64,000 bases of DNA from Catajapyx aquilonaris (lineage: Eukaryota), in contig KZ538430.1 in the NCBI GenBank assembly GCA_000934665.2, forward strand, positions 1 through 64,000. The letters are read 5' to 3'. The translations under genes and the position numbers were made by a program. Below the pieces are notes generated by a model. That model was not told the origin of the DNA and did no database searches. It worked only from the letters and a program-made list of their open reading frames with translations. Positions 58,449 to 64,000 of the stretch are shown in pieces. How positions within the stretch are numbered: position 1 is the first letter of the stretch; each line of letters opens with the position of its first letter.

Positions 58449-60344
58449 ATTCCATCCTTCTCACCGACTGTCCGATCCTAGCACTACAGTAGCACATTTT
58501 CAGTACACAACACAGCAGCATTACCTATCAAGGTGCCTCATAAGAATGGCACAATTATGCAACTATTACATCATAATTGCAGCTTAGTTAATGTTTCTAC
58601 AAGCCATGCAGAATGCAGAGGGAGCTACTGCTGTATCGGATTGCCTGTGCATGGTTTAGAAAGCCGACAAATACAGACGGAAGAAATGGGTTGCCTACAG
58701 CTTAACTGCGCTTCTCCACTGCAGCACCGTCAATCGGGAAGGCGACCTTGGAAACCATTCTGGCTGCTGAACGCACCTTTGACGACATCTCTTCTCAATG
58801 TTTTTTTTTTCAATAAATAAATAAAACTTATTATAAATTCAGATTCTGCAAAGAGTTACAAAATGAGCATTGTTAATGTAAAATATTACATCGTCATTTA
58901 TACATTCAAAACAGTTCCGGTGCGGTCAATCGAAGTATGCTTTGGGGCATATGATCATTTACCAAGTCATTTACACATTTTAATATCTAAATAATATGTC
59001 TATAGAAATTACTATAATTTTTCAAATACGTAATTTTTATTTTGAATTACTAAATTTGAAATTAATATTATTCGCGGGTTGGAATTACGTTCATATCAGA
59101 GCGTATCAGAGTTGTTGATAAGTGCTAAGAACATATTTCTGACAACAAAATGCCATTAAAAGACAACCTAAAAAATATTTGTTCAGTGTAATATTTTTAT
59201 ATAATAATAGTAATGCGTTTACAAAGTAGTCAGGTTAAATAGTGTATATTTCAAATCACACCTTTACCTGGCACCTATGTGATAATTGGAACCAATTCGA
59301 ACGTTGACGCGGCGGTGACAGCATAGTGGTTTTCTCTTTCAGTGCCGTGGAGGATGCCCTGTTCGAGTGAGTTGTTGGCTGGTTGTTGGTGACCTCGTCC
59401 TCGCCCCTCGCGACCGTGGTGCATCGTCAGGAAAGGCTGGTTTCATTCGACGACCTCCCCAATGCCGTTTGCTGGCGAGGCAGAGTTTGTTCCGACAACG
59501 CAAAGACATGGACGGAACTCAAGGAAGGAAGGAAGGAAGGAAGGAAGAACTCACGAGATGGCGGGCAAGCTCTACCACCTGCTCCCACCTACTGGGCGGA
59601 TCCAGACCAGTTGGTGAATGGTGACCAGCCTCTCCCAGCCTCGGCCCTGCCTGCTGGCCCCCCTGGCAGCCCCGGGTCCCATTCTCACGGAAGGACTGGA
59701 TATAGGACGACCTACAGGTCAATCCAGATATCCCCCACCCGTGACGAGGCTGAGGACACAGGGTAATTATCTAGTTTATGTGGCCGGAGACAGTATAAAA
59801 TCCTTTGTCTCTCTGGGCCTACCTGCCGCCCCAGAGATTACTGGGCTCCCATAGTCCCATGTGCATGCAATAATTGTGTGGAATGGTATTGTGTCCTATC
59901 AGGTTCCCATGCGCGTCTCGTACTAGGGAAAATGCTGCAGTGTCATAAAATGGTGCCAGTATGTTTTGAGGATGAAAAAAGTGGATGAATGACAAGTTTT
60001 TTTTCAGTATGCTTTCAAGTCCTTGCAAGAGTCAGCCTCTTTCAATGTTTGCTGATGATGAGATAATGGTATCAGCTCAATCAGTTAAAGCCAGATTTTC
60101 ATGGTATTGTTATAATTCAAGCAGGAATTATCTTATGAGGACAGGAACATTCCTCCACCTAACCACCAGCAACTAGCCAAGGGATTGTCATTAACGTTCA
60201 GCATTAATAAATTGTTCATATAGGCTACCTTGCAATCGATATGTTTGCAGTAGCCGTTTTTACAGGGTCAATTTTAAATCATTATTCTGCAGTTCCACTT
60301 GAAATGGCACTAATTCTGATGAGCTTGCGAAAGTAGAGGGGATG

Positions 60345-63020
60345 TAGTCCGGGCCCTAAGCGCCTTAACCTTGCACTTCGTGAGAAAAAGGTACCACTTG
60401 GCATATGTGTTCCTTAGGCCTATATGAGCAATTCCAGAGTTGCAGGCAACTGATCGGCCCCTTAGGTCACGAGTTATGCGGTGTTGCCAACATGGCCTGG
60501 GATGACCAGAGCGTTTTTAACATTGCATTTTGTGATAAGAAGGTACCGCTTGGCACATATGTTCCCTAGGTCTGTAGGAGTCGTTTGAGAGATGGAGGCA
60601 CTTGATCGGGTCCTTAGGTCAGGAGTTATGCGGTGTTGCCAACCTGGTCCTGGACCTTAGCGTTTTGTACCATTTTTAACTTTGCATTTTGGGATAAGAA
60701 GGTGCCACTTGGCACATATGTTCCTTAGGCCTATAGGAGAAATTTCAGAGTTGCAGGCAACTGATCGGCCCCTTAGGTCGCGAGTTATGCGGTGTTGCCA
60801 ACCTGATCAGGGAACTAAGCGTTTTAACTCGGCACTTTGTGATAGGAAGGTGCCACTTGGCAGACATGTTCCCTAGGTCTGTAGGAGTCGTTTGAGAGAT
60901 GGAGGCACTTGATCGGCTCCTTAGGTCAGGAGTTATGTGGTGTTGCCTACCTGGTCAGGCTCAAAACATGGAAACATCGTAAATGTCGGATAAAACCTCA
61001 TTAAAATGGCATAGAATGATACAGATCCCCTCTGCCTAAGTATTACAAGGTAATGAGGTGACACCTATCCACAAAGCACCCTGAATATTGCGAAAATGTG
61101 TCACTTGAGTAATTTTATGGAAACTAGTGTATGTGGATGGCATTCAATGGTATTTTTCATCCTTTTTGGCGGGTATAAAGTATAAACCTAAAGGACCTCA
61201 TGCATTAAGCATACCGTACTAAAAAGGATCCAAAAATTGATTTGTTCGTGCTTCGGATATGTTGTTGGGGGAGGCAAGTAGGCCCCGTGTGCGAAAGGAG
61301 CGGCCTCGATTGGCCGCGGTTAGGCTTGTAGGCCGGTCACGTGACCTAGCCGTTAAAAAATCACCACGCCCAAACGACTTTGATTTAAGAAATGATTTTT
61401 GGCATGGGGGTATCTAGCCTAGTACTATCTAACGCTACTATAGAATTCCATCTAGCTCGTCTCTGATTGGCCGAAATAGACAACGAGTGAAAAAGAAGTG
61501 TATAGTGCTCTCCCCCATCCTCCTGGCAGACGTGTGAGGCCATGGAGGACGCGGACGTGGCAACGTCGCTTTCAGAGGGCAGAGGACGGGGGAGGAGCCT
61601 AACAGGCCAGGACTCGTGAATCGCATAATATTCACCGAAGACCTTCGTCATGTTATTTTTAGATCCACGAACTCCAAGAATGCCTCAAAATAGTATAAAA
61701 GGTGGGTAGTAGTACATTTGTGTGAATTATAAGGGTGGTGTTTGGTTGTTACTAAATAAAATATAACTCGACGTTCTAGTGGTGCTTTTGATAAGGCAAA
61801 GTGTATTTTCTGCAATGGTCCTGCTACATGGAACAGTACCCTCTCCAGAATTTCAACTTCAAACGCCAGCAGTAAAATAATAAAATGATAATAATAAAAT
61901 GCGGATGCAAGAAATTGTGCATGGTGGAGTGCAAGTGTAAAAAAGCTAATTTGCCGTGCACAGAACTTTGCCAGTGCGGTGGCTGTTGTCAATGGGATAT
62001 GAGTTAATGTATGTTACACGTATAATGTATAAAGTACAGTTGTTTGTTTGTTTGTTTCCTTATTTACAACATTCGAGAAGTTGAAGTAGAGTTCTAAGAA
62101 ATGTTCCAGTGTCTGTTTGTGCCATCAGAATGACTTTAAGCCATCTCTCAAACGACTCCTACAGACCTAGGGAACATAATATGTGCCAAGCGGTACCTTC
62201 TTATCACAAAATGCAACATTAAAAACGCTCAGGTCATCCCCGGGCATGTTGGCAACACCGCATAACTCGTGACCTAAGGGCCGATCAGTTGCCTGCAACT
62301 CTGAAATTGCTCCTATAGGCCTAAGGAACATATGTACCAAGTGGCACCTTCTTATCCCAAAATGCAAAGTTAAAAATGTTCAAAACGCTAAGGTCCAGGA
62401 CCAGGCTGGCAACACCGCATAACTCCTGACCTAAGGAGCCGATCAAGTGCCTCCATCTCTCAAACGACTCCTATAGACCTAGGGAACATGTCTGCCAAGT
62501 GGCACCTTCCTATCACAAAGTGCCGAGTTAAAACGCTTAGTTCCCTGATCAGGTTGGCAACACCGCATAACTCGCGACCTAAGGGGCCGATCAGTTGCCT
62601 GCAACTCTGAAATTGCTCCTATAGGCCTAAGGAACATATGTGCCAAGTGGCACCTTCTTATCCCAAAATGCAAAGTTAAAAATGGCTCAAAACGCCAAGG
62701 TCCAGGACCAGGTTGGCAACACCGCATAACTTCTGACCTAAGGAGCCGATCAAGTGCCTCCATCTCTCAAATGACTCCTACAGACCTAGGGAACATATGT
62801 GCCAAGCGGTACCTTCTTATCACAAAATGCAACGTTAAAAAACGCTCAGGTCATCCCCGGCCATGTTGGCAACACCGCATAACTCGTGACCTAAGGGGCC
62901 GATCAGTTGCCTGCAACTCTGGAATGGCTCCTACAGGCCTAAGGAACATATGTGCCAAGTGGCACCTTTTTCTCACAAAGTGCAAGGTTAGGCCTGATTT
63001 TTGCGCTTAGGGCCGGACTA
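60345..63020. mobile_element. Foldback element with tandemly repeated arms and Academ-like termini
   Basis: ATG|TAGTCCGGGCCCTAAGCGC ... GCGCTTAGGGCCGGACTA|ATG; arms 60345-60955 and 62141-63020 made of ~150 bp units. Confidence 0.9.
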
Positions 63021-63478
63021 ATGTGGGCTCCAGTTCATATTCCATTGGCTTGCTTGAGAGGGACAGTGGTGTCAAGTTATATCACCAGTGACTTGACACT
63101 GAGAGAAAAACTTTTTACAGGCCTTGGTTCAGCAGTTAAAAACCATTAAGTTTTGCACCAGTGCATAAGCATGGAAGCAGAGGAGTCTATGGGTGAATCA
63201 GTAGTGTGTTAGCAGGCAGTTCTGGAAAATTCAGTCAGGCTGCCATGCTGAATGTGTAGCTGTGTACACAGAATTATGTCAGCCTCCAAATAGTCAGGTG
63301 GTAATAAGTGTCCGTACTTAATGTAAACCAACGGTCCCGAGCTATTGTCCATGAGGTAGATTTTTATGTGTTTTTGTGTGAGGGTAGAGGGAAATTGGAG
63401 GGATGGAGGATGGTGGATCAAAGAAGCTGATAGTCAGCATCAGCCCCCGGACACTCATATACCCTTCTGCTGTTATCA

Positions 63479-63788
63479 CCTGCCGACGCGTTTTGCCGAA
63501 GATGCTCACTTGAGAGCGCCATGAGACATTTCAGTCTCCGGTCAAGTGGCGACCCTACCGGACTAGGCTGAACTTGATAGGTACAAAACTAACAAAAGGG
63601 AAGCGTTACATTGGTGGACCCAACATGGGCGCCGACGGCCATTTTGGGCCCGCATGTATAGCGCTTCCCTTTTGTTAGTTTTGTACCTATAAAGTTCAGC
63701 CTAGTCCGGTAGGGTCGCCACTTGACCGGAGACTGAAATGTCTCATGGCGCTCTCAAGTGAGCAACTTCTGCAAAACACGTCGGCAGG
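63479..63788. repeat. ~310 bp near-perfect palindrome (MITE-like)
   Basis: CCTGCCGACGCGTTTTGC... / ...GCAAAACACGTCGGCAGG; arms ~150 bp; no clear TSD. Confidence 0.93.
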
Positions 63789-64000
63789 GGGTGGGTGGGA
63801 GTGACCAGACCTTATATTCTATGGCCGTGGTCAGCAAATGTACATTGTGGATTAACATAACATTTCTTGCAAAAAATTATATCATAAGTTTGCAACTTTG
63901 TATGTATCATAATGAAGTTGGGAAAACTTGCAAAAGTGTGGTTTTCAGAGCCTGATTTCTCAGTTGTGGATCTAATTAGGCAATAAACTATATGTCACTT

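Noticed and set aside
59383..59766. 127 aa ORF with F-box-like SFDDLPNAV
   Set aside because: No ATG, runs through a (GGAA)n microsatellite and a probable minus-strand retroposon remnant, and the rest of an F-box is absent
59985..60176. ORF containing FADD (RT-like)
   Set aside because: No other reverse-transcriptase motifs nearby
60291..60340. Hammerhead-like core CTGATGA-GC-TT-GC-GAAA
   Set aside because: A stem III partner (TTCCACT) is plausible, but stem I cannot close without mismatches and a G at the cleavage site
60682..63149. Repeated peptides (HFGIRRCHLAHMFLRP)
   Set aside because: Translations of the foldback tandem units; also not CRISPR, since there are no unique spacers

Overview
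AT-rich invertebrate (probably arthropod) nuclear DNA with short GT-AG introns. The main gene is a minus-strand oxysterol-binding-protein-related gene of the ORP3/6/7 subfamily (CDS 58448->27806). I traced it by hand to 17 phase-compatible exons (2955 nt, 984 aa) with a PH domain, a FFAT-like EYYDAKD motif and the ORD fingerprint EQVSHHPP, plus two candidate frame-preserving micro-exons. A frameshifted F-box/LRR gene or pseudogene lies convergently on the + strand (19320-23204). Much of the rest is non-autonomous mobile elements defined by terminal repeats and target-site duplications (TSDs): Tc1/mariner, pogo, Tc5-like, hAT, piggyBac, Kolobok, Harbinger, Transib, Helitron, an Academ-like foldback, four tRNA-SINE families and an RTE-like short retroposon. 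Several are nested. I found no intact transposase, true tRNA/rRNA or CRISPR array, and no clearly new protein-coding system. The best leads are structural: Transib ends with RSS heptamers, piggyBac ends bracketing host exons, a covarying 3' stem-loop shared by different SINEs, a pseudoknot-forming RTE-like mini-element and a foldback with higher-order repeats. Family assignments come from recalled hallmarks, not database searches.
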